From positions 187,426,001 to 187,490,000 of the forward strand of contig OZ024740.1 in assembly GCA_964016885.1 (NCBI GenBank): a DNA stretch of 64,000 nucleotides, in the 5' to 3' direction. The notes beneath the pieces were generated by a model that was not told where the DNA came from, did no database searches, and saw only the letters and a list, made by a program, of their open reading frames with translations. The position numbers were made by a program, and so were the translations under genes. This DNA comes from Eledone cirrhosa (lineage: Eukaryota). Shown one piece after another: positions 1 through 16,139 of this stretch (position 1 is the first letter of the stretch; the number at the start of each line of letters is the position of its first letter).

Positions 1-214
1 CATTTCTTTCTTCCTTTGTGTAATAGTCCTTGCTCTTTCCCTCTTTTTCCTCTCATTTATGGCATTTCTAGTACTTTTCAGTGCTGCTTTCTTTTTCTGT
101 ATTAAATTACATTAAATTTGCCTACCTTCAAAACTGCTGGTGTTGTGCTCAAATAAGAAACCATTATTCTTCATTGTTTTACGTTAACTTTTCCATGCTT
201 GCATTACTTGATAA

Positions 215-437
215 AGGGCAGTGAAATTACAGTATCAGTAATTCATTGGACACCATGCTTCACAACAGAATGTTACAGCCCTTTGTGTTCTGATTTCAAA
301 TCCTGCTGAGGTTAGCTTTGCCTTTCATATTTACGGGTTTGATAAAATAAAGTAGCAGTATCACACTGGAGTCGATTTAATCAACTTCCCATCTGCCTAA
401 ACTGCTGGTGTTGTGCTCAAATTAGAAACCATTACTA
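215..437 (+). mobile_element. tRNA-derived SINE family A, older long-tail copy
   Basis: Degenerate B-box (gatttcaaatcctgc), central motif ctttgcctttcatatttacgggtttgataaaataaagtagcag and tail ttgtgctcaaattagaaaccatt; alignable by eye to the copies at 20716-20900 and 46311-46525. Confidence 0.75.
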
Positions 438-526
438 TTATTTGATGTATTGTCGCAAAAGTGTAAATATTTTGCTAGATACACTTGAATCATATTCCTG
501 GTATAAAAAAAAGGTATGATCAATAA

Positions 527-760
527 AATCCCAGACATCATTTGCTTATTGAGTGGAGTGGAACTCATAGGATTGGACCATGGAAATAATGTTTCCATTG
601 GTTTTTCCATTGCTAATACGATCTGCTGGTCACAATTCCTGGCAGAAAGAGCAATAGGAAATAAAATGTCTTGCTAAAGGACATAACACATTACCTGGTC
701 TGGGAATTGAACTCAGAGCCTCATGATTACGAATACAATTCTATAACCACTAAGCTACAA
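527..760 (-). mobile_element. SINE family C (tRNA head + CORE-like domain + gaaacattgtttcc tail)
   Basis: Minus strand reads gcttagtggttatag...gagttcaattcccagacc...tgtgttatgtcctttagcaagacatttt...ggaaacattatttccatggtccaatc; same layout as 21835-22082 and 39203-39470. Confidence 0.75.
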
Positions 761-917
761 TAAAGGTGCAGGTGATATTTCTGGTATTATAATTTAATTC
801 CTTCATATTCCCTTATTTGGTCAATCCGTTTATTTGACTCTCTCCCATATCTACCTCAACTCAACTATGGAGAGCTAATCAACAGCATTGATGAACACGA
901 CAATAAAAACAATGTCA

Positions 918-1190
918 TCACCGATTACCATATAGAACTATGATAGTGATGATGACAATGGTGATGTTAATTATGATGATAACGATGGTGGTGTTGATGG
1001 TAGTGGTAATGGCAAACACAGCAGCAGTGACAGCTCGGCTGGTGGTGATAATAGTGACAGTCATGTTGGTTGAGTCGGTGGCTATGGTGGCTGCTGTGGT
1101 GATGATTATGGTGATTATCATGAAGACAATAATCATGATAATGATGATGATGATCACAATAATAGCAATAATGACAACAACAACAATACA
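918..1190. repeat. Degenerate trinucleotide low-complexity tract (GAT/GGT/AAC)
   Basis: Runs of gatgat, ggtggt and acaaca; these generate the poly-M/V/I ORFs. Confidence 0.85.
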
Positions 1191-1843
1191 GAGCATGAAA
1201 TTACAGTTCAGTATCTATTGATACAATTTATTTATTTATTTATTTTTTACATAGAAGCCCAACACTTAGCATGTATTTCTATAGCAACCATCATAGCATT
1301 GTTTCCCTCTCTACGAGTATGCCCACCATCCCCCTAAAACTGAACTGAACTAAACTTCCAATATGCCTATATCTTAAATATCATTTCAACAACCGATTAC
1401 TGATTTGGGGTTCATTAACTATTCCACTGCTTGATTGCTATCATCATATTGTCTTTTTATATTTATTTATCTATTTAATTGATTTATATATTTTTCTTGA
1501 TTTGTAGTTAGATGTTTTTATTTTATTTTATATTTTCTACATTTTTATATTTTTATATTTTTATATTTTTATTCATTTATTTATTTATTTATTCATATAT
1601 TTGTTTTGGCTTTCCAATAGTCATGAATAATTAGAATCAGTGAACGAAATTGCATTGATTGAACAGAAATACATGGAGGAAAGAGGAGGGAGGAAGCAAG
1701 GAAGGAGGAATGATGAAGGTGGAAGGAGGGGGAGGAATCAGCCATTACCCAAAACATGAATAAGCATGCCTTGATTTTTGCATGCAGCTTTTAATAATCA
1801 GTGTGCTGCTTGGGGATTGATTTCTTTAACACTTTATCTTTCA

Positions 1844-2960
<1,117 letters not shown>

Positions 2961-4068
2961 GCATATTTAAGATCGTGCAAATTACATATTGATGTTTTTA
3001 TGACTGTTATAAAAATTGCAATAATGTATGTATATGTTACTGTAGTTCATTTAAATTTGAAACCCTTTTACCACCACCACCACCACCACCATCACCATCA
3101 CTATCACAACATTATGCAGAATCTGAAGGAAAAGAAGCAAAATGAAAACAACTGAATAATTCCCTACTTTCTGCTCCTCTTATCATCATCATTATCATCA
3201 TCAATATTTTACATTGAATTTCCACATTTGCATGGGTTAGATGGGTTATCACATTCTGAGTCTAGCCAGGTCATATGACAGCATCAAACTCAAACATTCC
3301 ATTCTGGTATGGTTTCTATAGTTGGATGTCCTTTCTAAGGTAAACCACTTCCCAGCATGTACCAAATAGATTTTATAGTGGCACCACCACAACTACTTAT
3401 TTATGTGGGCGGGATGCATTTTATTGTGGCAGGCACAAGCACAATATATACATATATAAGACATATTTCAATCTATCACTTTTTCTTTCTCCCTCTCTCT
3501 CTCTCTCTCTATATATATATACAGTGTATATATATGTATATATATGTATATATATGTATATATATGTATATATGTATATATATATTAAATCATTTACAGT
3601 TAAATGGATGTATTCCAGTGAAGTTTTCTAACCCATGCACTTTGCAACAATATATCTAGTATATTCACAAACAACACCCAACCATTAAAAACCAAAAGTT
3701 TTAAAAATTCAAATACAAAATTAGCAAAATAAATATATAAACTTGCCCCAAAATATATTGCAAACATACTATTAAGTTTCTCCATGCATTTGTTTTATTT
3801 GAAATAGTAGTAAGATAGAAATAGAAAAAAATTACTTGATTTGCTTTCAAAATACATAGGTATCTATAATTTTGTGATCATTTGCAAAGTGAGCATGTTG
3901 TATTATACATGCTTAATGGATATTTATGTATATTGAATTCTAATTATATACCAGCTCTGCTCAAGCATTGTTCTCTCTGGAATCCTTTGAGATCCTGGTG
4001 GAATTCTTGTTTATTTGAACATTTACACTGATGTAAAGAAAATGCATGACCTTGAATAATACCAGAAT

Positions 4069-4209
4069 TAGATAAAATAATTGTTTCTACTATTGGCACA
4101 AGGCCAGAAAATTACCCAGTACATTACTGGTACTTTATTTTATCGACCCCGTAAGGATGAAAGGCAAAGTTAACCTCGGCGGGATTTGAGGTTAACTAGA
4201 TAAAATAAT
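4069..4209 (-). mobile_element. 5'-truncated SINE A with 13-bp target-site duplication
   Basis: SINE A 3' half at 4079-4189, flanked by tagataaaataat at 4069-4081 and 4197-4209. Confidence 0.9.
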
Positions 4210-4712
4210 ATTGAGCATATATATATATATGCCTATATTAATTTCTCTCTAGCTGTATATATATATATTTATACACACACGAATGATCACAAACTGATAT
4301 TTGAAATTAAAAGGCTTCTGAGTATATTTACATGAATGTATATAAAAGAGACATATACATATACGTTTTCGTTATAACACATTTCGTGATCATTTCAACA
4401 ATACATTTTGCTTCACACTTAACCTTGTGAATTTCTCTCATTCATGCAATATATTCATTTCATTGTACATAAATAAACACTTTTAGGGGGGCATCTTATC
4501 ATACCACCAGTATTTGTGATGAAGCTGTCTAAGTGATAGAATATCTTGCAGTATATTACAGGTACCTATTCAAACCAATGTGCTTACTTCAATGCAGAAG
4601 TTTGAGTTGCAAAAATTGTACTTAAATCTCTTTTAAATTACAACTGCTATCTTATATGAAGAAAGATACATGGGACTGTGTAATCCTGGATTTAAAAAAA
4701 TTGAATAAATGA

Positions 4713-4920
4713 ATCATCATCATCATCATCATCGCTGTTTTACGTCAATTTTTCTGGGCTAGCATGGATTAGACAAGTTGTCCTGTTGTGCGCAATGCTA
4801 GGTCAGGTGACAATGTCTTGCTTATACAGAACTGATTTTGGCTTGGTTCTTACAGCTGAATGCCCTTCCTAAAGCCAACCTCATTTATAGTAAGTACTGG
4901 GTGCATATTGTTGTGTCACC
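4713..4920 (-). mobile_element. RTE 3'-UTR/tail fragment (family D)
   Basis: (CAT)n tail then ttttacgtcaatttttctgggctagcatgg...cagctgaatgcccttcctaaagccaacc, homologous to 55955-56150. Confidence 0.75.
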
Positions 4921-4994
4921 AACAGGCCACTTTAGAGAATAGATAAATAAATATATAATTAAATAAATAGATTATTAACGTAGATAGATAAAGA

Positions 4995-5156
4995 GAACAC
5001 CTGGGTGGAGGTGATGAGAGCTGATTTAAAATCACAAAGTCTCACAGAGGACATGATGAAGGAACACGGCATGGGGAGAGATGCTGTGCTAAATATTACC
5101 CGTCCAACCTACATGAGCATGGAGAAATGGATGTAAAAACAATGATGATGATGATA
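4995..5156 (+). mobile_element. RTE LINE extreme 3' end, short-tail type
   Basis: Translates TWVEVMRADLKSQSLTEDMMKEHGMGRDAVLNITRPT, like the C-terminus KTWDDLINSDL...KTRLT at 56350-56470, and runs straight into the (GAT)n tail. Confidence 0.75.
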
Positions 5157-5606
5157 GATAATTAAATAGATAAATAAACAGATAGATAATTGAATAAATG
5201 AATATATAAATATAACAAGATGCGAACTGGCAGAACCCTTTTCATCGTAGATAGTATAGTGTAGAGACAACCTAAGAAATACGACAGGTGTTTATTTTAT
5301 CAAACCTGTAAAGACGAAATTTAAAGCCAACTTAAAAGTACAAATTCAGCTCAGAGCATAGTAGGTTGAAGTTATATTGCATTTAGTATAGTATAGTTCT
5401 CTTTTGGTGTGTAACTAATTCAATAGCTGAGTTTAAAAACAAAATGAATCCAAAGCAAAAATAGAATATTTATTGCTAAGAGCAACAGAAGTTTAGAAAC
5501 TGAAACATTGGAGAAGAATATACATAGTAAAGCTAATTTCAATAGCTGTCTTGTTGGTTCCCTAGAAACTGTTTGTCTTTATAGTATGAAAGATAAGCAC
5601 ATATAC

Positions 5607-5649
<43 letters not shown>

Positions 5650-7514
5650 ATACTATACCACAGATGACATATTAATGAATGTGGTTTATCCTTTAAAAAA
5701 TGGGATGTGCTTTTAATGGAAACAAGTTATTTCCAATTATGTTTTTTGTAGCTGATATTGTAAATATCCTTTTAGCTCCATACTTCTGATATATTGGGAA
5801 GTTGTAGGTTGTCACTACACTATACTATCTCAAGCACTTTCACAACTCTTTCATTCCAATTTTTCTCTATCTCTTTTTAGCCATATTTTGCCTCACATTG
5901 AACTTCTCTATTTACATTTTGTTTTATTTTATTTTATTTTAATTTTATATTCACTTATCTCTGTATATCTTTTTTTGTTCGTTTCTAAACTGTAAGAAGT
6001 ACTAGATAGTTCCGTTAGTTTATCATGGCTTACTAGCTCTATAAGGATGTTTCAATAAATAAATGTCATAATAGTGATTTTTAACATAAACAGAAGGTAA
6101 CACATTTTAGAAATGTTGGGTACAGTTGATTTATATTTAGAGAGAGAATAAAATCACAAACATAATCAAAATCTTAAATATTCGAACAGTCTTGACAATG
6201 GAATGAAATTACAAACATCAGCAAAACCTTAATTATTATATTTTCTAACATAAACAAGGCCAGCAATTTTAGGGGAGGGTTAAGTCGATTATAGATCCTA
6301 GTATTCTACTGGTGCTTACTGAATGAAAGGAAGAGTTGACTTCAGTAGTTGAAGAGCTATAATTAAATGCTATGAAGCATTTTGTCTGATGCTCTAACAA
6401 TTTCACCAAATTGCTACCCAAAATTTTAAACATAATGACAGGTGTTTATGAAAAAATCTCTCCCAATTCATGCCATTGCATCTTAAAGAAAGAAAGGACA
6501 CATTGGATAATGCAGATCTAGATATATTGAAACTGAACCACGATGGGGTGTTCATTAATGAAACACTTTTTGATAGGTCTAATTATTGTCTGTAAAATTT
6601 AAATTATGCATTTTCAGAAATTTATTGGCAGGGGGCAGTTGAATATATTGACCCCTTCCCAGTATTTTGATGGTACATTATTTCATCAACCCTTTAAGGA
6701 TGATAAGTAAAGTTAACTGTACACAGATTTGAACTCAGAATGTAAAAATATGCAATTATATATATAATCATACTGTCAATCCTGAAAGCAGTTATGTTCC
6801 ATCTCATATGTCTTAAATTTAACCTTCTACTCATGTTTTGACTCTCCAAAAGGATCATTTACATCATTGTATGTTAAGAAACACTTCACTGACAGATAAT
6901 TACGTAATTTCTAAAATTGTCACCCTTTTAAATATATGCTTCTAGCTTAATGACTTGCAAATGACCTGTAACTATTCCTGTTAAGCACTTTCGATAATGG
7001 ATATTTTGTGAAAATTATTTCGAAGACACGTGAATGTTTATAGAGCAATTCTAATAGTTTTGCTTTGTAATAAAGTCAACATTGTATTGCTTGATCTGAT
7101 GTTTTTTTCTTTATTTTTGTTTTTTTTTAATGGATCGCATGAATTATAGATGAATTGCACAATAACTGAATGGATATGGGAACAGCTTATTGCTTGATGT
7201 GTGATGTGCTCATATATTTCCCTAGCATCTTATTATCTACCTCATTCTAAATGGCCTCAACCAGAAAATTACGATAGATTCTATGAATCATAGAAGTGAT
7301 ATGTCAATAAATGTCACCTAATGGCTTTAAAATGATTTAAAGGGAAATAGAGTTTATTTATTGTATGATTTTTGTTTTTCAGCTTTCTACATTCATTTGT
7401 CATGTCAGTATGAGTTAGATGTTTTCATCACAAGTTTCTACAATTGCATATTGTTGGACTGAACATGAGCTCTAACAGATGGATACCAATCCTGCTGATA
7501 TTGACTTGCCTTTA

Positions 7515-7740
7515 AAGGAAGTTAGCCAACAAAAGTGCATCTATCTGGCCCTTTGACCTATTAGAAATAACAACAAAATTTCCTTCAAATTAGATTTTAC
7601 TGACTTAGAAATGGAAGGAAGTAAGATAATGTGCTAAATAAACAATGCCTGATATAAGAATGAATTAGTCATTACTGGAATGCTTTTGATGATAGGTCTT
7701 TTAAGTTAGGAATGACCTGGAGCTAAACAATAACAACAAC
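7515..7740 (-). repeat. Old dispersed repeat family E
   Basis: Shares motifs (gctgctatttctagcag; gttgtttagccccaggtc; cattatccaatgtgtcc) with 6470-6580, 8960-9120, 27055-27150, 27470-27625 and 51045-51230; class not determined. Confidence 0.55.
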
Positions 7741-7744
7741 TACA

Positions 7745-7890
7745 ATGCTAATATATCTCTTCCTTTCCTACTGATAATATACCCCTTCTTTTCCTACTGC
7801 TAAAATACTGCTTCCTTTCCTGCTGATCGGATACCGCTTCTTCTCTTAATGCTAATACACTGTTTCCTTTCCTACTGCTAATACTTTCCT
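7745..7890. repeat. Minisatellite, about 26-bp unit, about 5 degenerate copies
   Basis: Unit approximates tgctaatatactgcttcctttcctac. Confidence 0.8.
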
Positions 7891-10800
7891 AATTCTAAGA
7901 ATATAATTATGAGAAGGAATAAGAATTGAAGTCTACATATTCAAGCCTTCCAACATTAACCCCCAGGGTTACACTTTTCAAGCTTTTATAAAGTTTAAGT
8001 GATTTTCTATTCTTAAGCTTTAATATTTTTATGGAAAGATTTGGCAAGTTCCAAATAGTGATAAAAAAACAGTCCCAAGATATTTTTCTGTCGTATTTGA
8101 GGTCCTGTTTTCCTCATGCTTTTAGGCAATAACATTGCTATATAGTTAAGAGGTTTCTTTGCAACTACATAGTTACAAGATTAATACCACTGTGCAGCAC
8201 CTAAACCATGTGTCTTTTACCATAGCCTCTGATCAAACAGACCCTGTCAGTGAAATTTGATAGGCAAAACTGAGTAGAGTTGCATAAGAGGAATGCCTCC
8301 TTTTTGTAGGTAACAGACATAATCTAGCACTTGGTTTACCACTTTCACCAGTCCCAACACTGGGGATATTTAGTGGAGTTCAATCTGCTGCAAGTAATAC
8401 CAGGTCTTGGGTATTACAATACTATTTTCTCTTCTTTCCACCAGTCATAGAGACCTTGAAGAGAATCAAGGGTACCACCAAACCTATTCTGACTAAGACA
8501 TTAATAAGAACAAAAAACTGTTTACCTATTCATATACATTTTTATCATAGCTCTATTGTAAATTTTAACACTCTATATGCTAATGATGATTTCTGATTTA
8601 TATACAAGGCCAACAATTTTGGGGGAGAGGAAAGTAGATTAAATTGAACCCAATGCCTTACTGGTCCTTTATTTTATCAAACCCATAAGAATGAAATTTA
8701 AAGCTAATCTTGGTGAGATTTGAACTCAGAATTTTAAGGAATGTAACTATATGCAATAAAACATGTTATGTTCTTGACCGAGGCACTATATTTCACGTTG
8801 TTCTTTCTGCCAGGAGTTGTGACCTGTAGATAGTATTAGAAGTAGAAAGAGCAATGGAAACATTGTTTCCTTGGTTTGATTTGATGAATTCCCCTCCATT
8901 TGATCTTGTTGATTGTATCTTATCTTAGTATATTACCCCATATTGTAGAACCTACTTAAAAAAGAGTCAACTGGAGAGACTCTTTGTAGTCATTAATCTT
9001 ACTAGAAATATGAGTTAAATATATTTCAACCCATAGTACAGAATCTTTTAAAACAATTACACACTAGATAATGTAGTCCAGGTTATATTGTGTGTAGGGA
9101 AAAAGAAGAGATGAGTTGAATGATTATGGGCAGGTATGTGATAAGATCAGATTAATATATACCGTAGTGTTAATGTACATTTGATTATGTGAGGGTTATG
9201 TGGGTATATACATGTGCATGTATTGCATATGATATAATTATGAGTAACAGATCAGAATAAAGAATTAACATTTAAGAATAGACTCCCTCAAAATTGTAGA
9301 CCCTGTAAATGCATCAAATAACTACATTTTCATTCTGGCCTGGTCATCTCCTCATCCAAGGCTGACATGAAAAATAAATAACAATAAAATTAACATACTT
9401 GAAGCTAAATAGACCCAACTGTTTAGAGCTACATAAGTGTTTTGGCCAAACAATGGAATTTCAGTTATAGAATATAAACCTCTGAACCTTTCAGTTATCT
9501 GCTTATTTCTTTATTGAATTGGCTATCCACCATATGTTTCTTTAATTATATACAATGTATCTAAAATTAGGACATTGGAAAAATCGATGTATAAATTGAT
9601 ATTGAAACAATGGAATCCAACTTAACTAGTGATGGACTACATTGGCAATAGTACATAGAAACAGTATATACAAACAAAGGCAGGGAATTGGCAGCCATTA
9701 GGAAATCAGATAGAATGCTTTGTGGTATTCATTCTAACTCTCTGCTATCTGAATGTAAATTCAGCACATATCAACTTTGCCTCTCAAGGTAGATAGAAAA
9801 ATACCTATCTAGTATTAGGGTTGATTCTTCATCTACATCTTTTTCTTGCTTCCTCTTTATACCTCTTTCCCTCTCCCATTCTCTAGAAGAAATCAGTTGT
9901 ATTTTAGACCTAGAAAGGAGATGGGCTCCACCAGGTCTAAAATGCCCAACACGCATGCATGTCACTATAGTGTTTACTATGACTCCATCAAGAGTTACCG
10001 GTCCATACATATATACAAACAAGTTCACAAAATTGAAGTGCTTTGATGAAAGCATGGAATCTCTTCTGTTCCTCATGGCAGATTAAAGTATTTTACTTTG
10101 TGAACTGTTACTAGAGAATTAGTGTAGCTTATTATATTGTTGACAGATGCTGATGAAGGAAAAAAATATTTGATAAATGTGTCATATTTTAGAAACCATC
10201 TTCAATGTAATTATATTGTGCCTGCCTCAGTTTGATTCTTTCTTGATAATAAGGAATCATTTCAGTGTAAGTAATGACACTGTTTATTTAACTCCTTGAC
10301 AATTACCAAGTCTTCACATGCAACAAAGAGCAGATATAACAGATAAATGATTATTTTTAGTTGCGTTGACGACAGTTGAAAATATATTGTTAGAACTAAT
10401 TTGAAATTCTAAAAAGCTCTACTAGTTATTTATATTTATTGTCTAATTATTAATTTTCTAAAATATAAAAGATGAAATGGATTTAATTGCATTGATCATC
10501 CACAATTTTCTCATTAAAGCATTCTTTCATTTTGAATTGGAATTAACTTGTAGCAAAAGAAATTACTAGAAGTATCATTACTATTAACATTTAGAGTCAT
10601 GTTTTGGGGTTTTTATGTTTTTTTATTTTAATTAACAACCTGAAGAATGTTATTTTGTATTCTTTTGGCTCTAAATATTCTATTATTGGCATTGATTTTT
10701 GTGCCATATAACTATTGTAATCACTGTTGCACTGGAAACAACCATTAGGATGGAATTTACAATCATCAACATCATGATGGCATGAGGTTATAATTAACAG

Positions 10801-11632
10801 TCCCATTATAATTTCCTGTGATTTCTAAATACACTGTTAATTCTATCAATAGCTATGTTGTGCTGCTCATTGTCACTAGTTATTTCTATTTTGGATTTAT
10901 TCTTTCACAATAACAAATGCTTTCTGATTTTGTATTTTCATTTACAACTACCAAGTATATTCAACAATAAAGAAAGGAAAAATGCAAAATAATCAATTTT
11001 TATTCATTATACAAAATTAACTTTTTTCTGTTGTCAAATCTATATGGCCTCCAAATGGATTTTCTCCAAAACAAGCCAATAAAGGAGATCTACCTTGTTA
11101 CCTGGCCTGCTAAAATAGCAGCATAATTTTGTTTTAAATCATACCCTATTATCCTAAAAATGGAATATTGTATATATATATAAACATAGCCACCTTGAGA
11201 CAAGGCACCATATTAGCCTATACAATAATAAAGGCTTTTCACATGAGTAAAGGTCAGCCAACTGCAGAAACTATGTCCAAATAAAGGTTTAGAGAACTCT
11301 ACAGTTGTATCAAGGACATAACAACCTCTTTAGTGCTGATGCTATGATAAAATGTACTTTCTATAAAGTTCTGGAACATATGTGAGATTTAGATGGTAGG
11401 TCTGTTTAAGCGGTCAGCAGCTCCAATTAGATAAAGGGTTGGTCTGAGACAACCCATCCAAGTCATGCCAACATAGAAAAGTAGACATTAAATGATGATA
11501 TGTGTGTGTGTGTGTGTGTGTGTGTGCGCACGTGTGTGTGTGCATGTATGTGCGTGTATATATAAATATATATTCATATATATATATATTAGTATTTGAA
11601 TATATATATCTAAATCTAAATATATATTTTAA

Positions 11633-11672
<40 letters not shown>

Positions 11673-11704
11673 CTAAATCTAAATGTATATTTTAAATATA
11701 TATA

Positions 11705-11755
<51 letters not shown>

Positions 11756-14700
11756 GGTTGATCATGGCTCATATGCCATGATTACATGGGCTTGCTCCAT
11801 CAGAGTTGATTGGGGATAAATAAAATGGGAGCATTTTATCATAACTCTTATAGAGTGGATATATGTATATAATGTTATCACGATCACAATTTCCTATCAG
11901 TATTATATTTTCACTGAAATATGTTGAACTTATGCTTCTTGGTTACTTCACCATTTAACCTCAGAGTTCAATGAACCAAGCAACACAAAAGCTTTATCAT
12001 TTATGTACTTTGGCACTGGAAAACTTCTACCAGCCTTCATCTTATATTTGCTAATTGTTTTGTGATTTTAAGACTTTATGGTATTTTATCAAACCTATCT
12101 ACTTCGATAGTACACATCTCACAAAGCTGGGGTCTGTTTAATAAACTATGCTGAATCAATAACTCTTTGATGTTCAATCACATATATTTTCCAACCTTAT
12201 ATATTATCACAAAGTGACTCATTACATACTGCAGTTATCTTTCATGATTCTATGACATTTGTTTTTAAAGCCCTTCTTTTATGTTGCTGCTTATTATTTT
12301 TAATAATTATTCATTAATTATTAACTGATACTTAATGCTTCTGTGCTTCTGTGAAAGAGGACTCCTCTTCCTATTGGAATTATCATTTCCATATCTACTA
12401 ATATTCCAAAACTTTCTTCTGAAAATATTCTATAACCAGTTCAGAAAATGTGCATTTAGCTTTATTATAAATATATCTGAGAAAAAAAAATGTTATCCCA
12501 GGAAACTGCATGACATTATAGTTTTCAATTGAATAATTATATACAGTTAACTGGAGCAGGTATCTTACATTTGATAGGATTATGTATGTTGAAGCACTAT
12601 ATACTTTTAACATATGCTAAGCATGATATTTTATCATAAAAATGCCAAATCGTTTTAAATGTCAACCTTTCAATTGATTTTGAATTCTAAATCCCAACAA
12701 GAAAGCTTAATGTACATTTTCTCTTTCATTAGTTAAGTCCTTAATGGTAAATATTTAATAATAAACATTTTATGGTGTGAAAGTATTTTATATTTACCTC
12801 AAAAGCATTATTCAGGAAGGTGTTTATTTTTAAACATCTACCATATATATTTTTAAGTAGAATGATGATGTGAACTTTGTTAAAATGTAAAGGTAAGGGT
12901 TTGCTTTACAGTTTAATGAACACACTTAATCAACTCTTCAAACTGTGGAGTGAAATAACTTAACCAACAAAATATATTTGAAAATCCAGCAAAGTTCTTA
13001 TCGTCATATTGATTTTGGTAAGATGAAAAGCAAAGTTAATACTTGTGGGATTTGATTTCAAAATTCAGATCTTCTATGCATAATGATATGAAAAATTTAA
13101 AGTATAAACTTGTCTTTCTATGCATAATGACAAGTTTATGTTTTAAAATTTTCTATTTAATAATCTTTTTGTAAGGAAGAAAAATGTTGTTGGAGATATT
13201 TGAAGAGAAATTAACATGTTTGGTTTTATGAATATCATTATGATAATGATCATCATGATTTTACACCTACTTTCTATGCTGGAATGGGTTGGACAGGTTG
13301 TTATTGTCTGACTCAGTTCTTATTCAGAGTTACTATTCTCTTACACATTCCAATTTGTGGCATAGTTTCTGTGGTTGCATGCCCTTCCTAACACCAACCA
13401 TGTAAAATACAGAAATATTGTCCCTCAAGTCTTGACACATGCAAAATGCATATTTTCAATAAAAAAATTCAACAACATTTTATTTATTTGAAATATTAAT
13501 AAATAACATCTTCAATGTCAATTTCCATGCTAGCAAGGGTTGGGCAGATCTACATAGATCAAGTTAATACTGAAGTGGGGCTGCTGATCTCCCAGACAAG
13601 CTAGGGATCTCCATCTCATTTATATACGGTCAATAATCTACCATATATTTTGAATTGAAGCATTGTGGGCCCAAGAGATAAGACACATATTGGTTTTTCC
13701 CATATCATAGTTGAAAAAGTGTGACTTATCCACAAGTGTGTACTGTGTCTTATTCTCAATTAAACTTTTGAATTAAATAAAATAGTTCTGATTTAGCAAT
13801 ATGTACATCAAGGCAAATGAATAGCAGAATTGGTAGGTTGTTGAAAAAAATACTTTTTATTTTTAGTTGATTAAGTCTCTTTACATTCTGACTTTAAATG
13901 CTGCCAAGGTCTAGATTTCCGTTTCATCCTTATGGGTCAACAAAATAAATGTCAGTTGATAGAATGTCATGGGGTCAATGTAATTGACTATACCTTGGAA
14001 GTTGGTGCTCCAGCATGGCTATAGCCCAATGACAGAAACAAAAATTAAAAATAATGATAAATTCAAAGGATAAATTTTAAGTTGATTCCATTGGCTATTA
14101 TATTTAGGAATAAAGAAATTGTTGATTAATCTATTTTTTCCCTTTAGTATGATATAAAACACATAAGTTTACTCAATGAATATCTTGCTCTATTAAACTT
14201 ACAGCATATATTTAGCATTTAAAATATATCTTAACATTTTTATAGGTAAAATTCCCTTATAAATATGTTCTCAAAGTCATAAACACTAAATAGTATGCAT
14301 GGCATTTTTGTCTCAAATACTTAAATTTTATAAAGAATATGTGAAAAGTTTCTAACTCCTGCATAGTGAATTACAAAAATAAATTGATATATTTACCTTT
14401 TTCATTTATAGCAATAACATTTATTTTTCCTGAAATCAAAATATAATGAGATAGTAAAAGTAGTTTACAGAAATATTGTCCCTGTAATTACTACTATATA
14501 GGAGTAAACAGACATGAGATTTACTAAAATTTTAAAACACAAACACATAATATAAAGGATCAAAGATGGAAGTGTACTGTTTATAGTAATGCATTTTATA
14601 GTTATACATCACAATCTTTAAAGGTCATTTCATGTTATTTATTTATTTATTTATTATTATTATCAGCTTGTATATAATGGGTGTTATAGCTTTCTCATGT

Positions 14701-14892
14701 CATTTTGACCATTAAAAACTATTTAAAGAAGGAATCTTGTGAACTATAATTGGATGTAATAGTAAACAAAATGTGATGCTGTTTAACAGTCATGAATCAT
14801 TTGCTTTTGTACATGTGCAATTGAATTATTATTGCCCTTTGCTATTTTAAATTGAAGGTGAAAAATCATTTTTGCATGTATATACAAGAGTC

Positions 14893-15152
14893 TAAAGTCT
14901 GTCTTAAGCCAGAAGACTCATTTGGCCTGTGCTTATGCCGGTTTTATGGCATGAAGCGACTGAGAGTACAAGACACCCCCTACACAGGACGCTAGTCCAG
15001 CTATTGCTGGTACTCATTTCAGCTGAGTATACTGGAGCAACGTAAAAAGAAGTGTTTTGATCAAGAACACAACACACACACAACCCAGGAATTGAACCCA
15101 CGACATTATGATCATAAGTCCTACACCTTTACCACTAGGCCATGTGCCTCCA
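14893..15152 (-). mobile_element. SINE family B, near full length
   Basis: ggaggcacatggcctagtggtaaag (A-box), ggttcaattcc (B-box), tgtgttcttgatcaaaacactt (CORE-like), tail gtcgcttcatgccataaaaccggcataagc...cagactt. Confidence 0.85.
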
Positions 15153-16139
15153 CATATACAAGAGTATGTATGCCTATATATATATATGCATGTGCACATG
15201 CGTGCAAACAGAAAACACACAAAAGAGACTTAGATTAGCAAGGAGTAAATTATCAGTTTTGATCTACTACACATATATATATGTACATAACAGATATGAG
15301 TTGAAACTATATTAGAGACAAGAGCATTTAATAGTGCAACTAGAATACAAGATGGCTACAAATTATTTCATGTAATTATATCACAGTTATATAATAGACT
15401 ATACACTCTTCATGCTTCTTGTCTCATTTGAAATGTTCTTCTCCTGCCACAGCAAATGGATATCAGGTGTGGGATAGGAAGCTTGAAATATGTATTATGT
15501 ATTATATAACTAATACATAATTACAGGAAAAAATTTGAAACCATCTTACATCCTAGCTGTTGATTGTATACATATCTCTCCTTCTCTCTGTCTCTCTTCC
15601 TCTCTCTCATATATATATATATAGTCGTGAAAATGAGAAAGAGAGTTAACCTATATAAATATGAATATTGATGCATGCACCCATACATACACATACATTC
15701 ACACATTCATTTATGCAAATTGATTTTTCCTACATTTGAACTAATATATATATGATATTTGTATGCATAATATAGCTTCGCTATGAGATTTTTTAAAAGG
15801 CAATATAAAATATATAAGGCAACCCATGAGATTGTGTTAATCACATAATTTGGTATATTTTATATAAAAGAAGAATGATATTACAACTACTGGAAAACTT
15901 TAAAGTAGAACTACTGGATGGCAAGTGAAATATAATAATTATATCACACACTCAATTTCAAACTGTTTAAGTTAAAAGTAAACATTTGGGAAAATATTAA
16001 TTATTCTGTGAGTCACTCTTTAGATTTGCTTCCAAAATAAATAAAAAATTATACCACCACAATGAAATTGTTCATATTTCTGACATTTAAGTTTAGTTGC
16101 ATATCTACATATCAGCAGAAAAAGAGAGGTAGATGTAAA

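Noticed and set aside
918-1221. Hydrophobic poly-I/M/V ORFs (also 17467, 38708)
   Set aside because: Trinucleotide low-complexity sequence, not membrane proteins.
10597-10806. Cys-containing ORF with DVDDC, superficially EGF-like
   Set aside because: Cys spacing does not fit EGF and there are no convincing splice sites.
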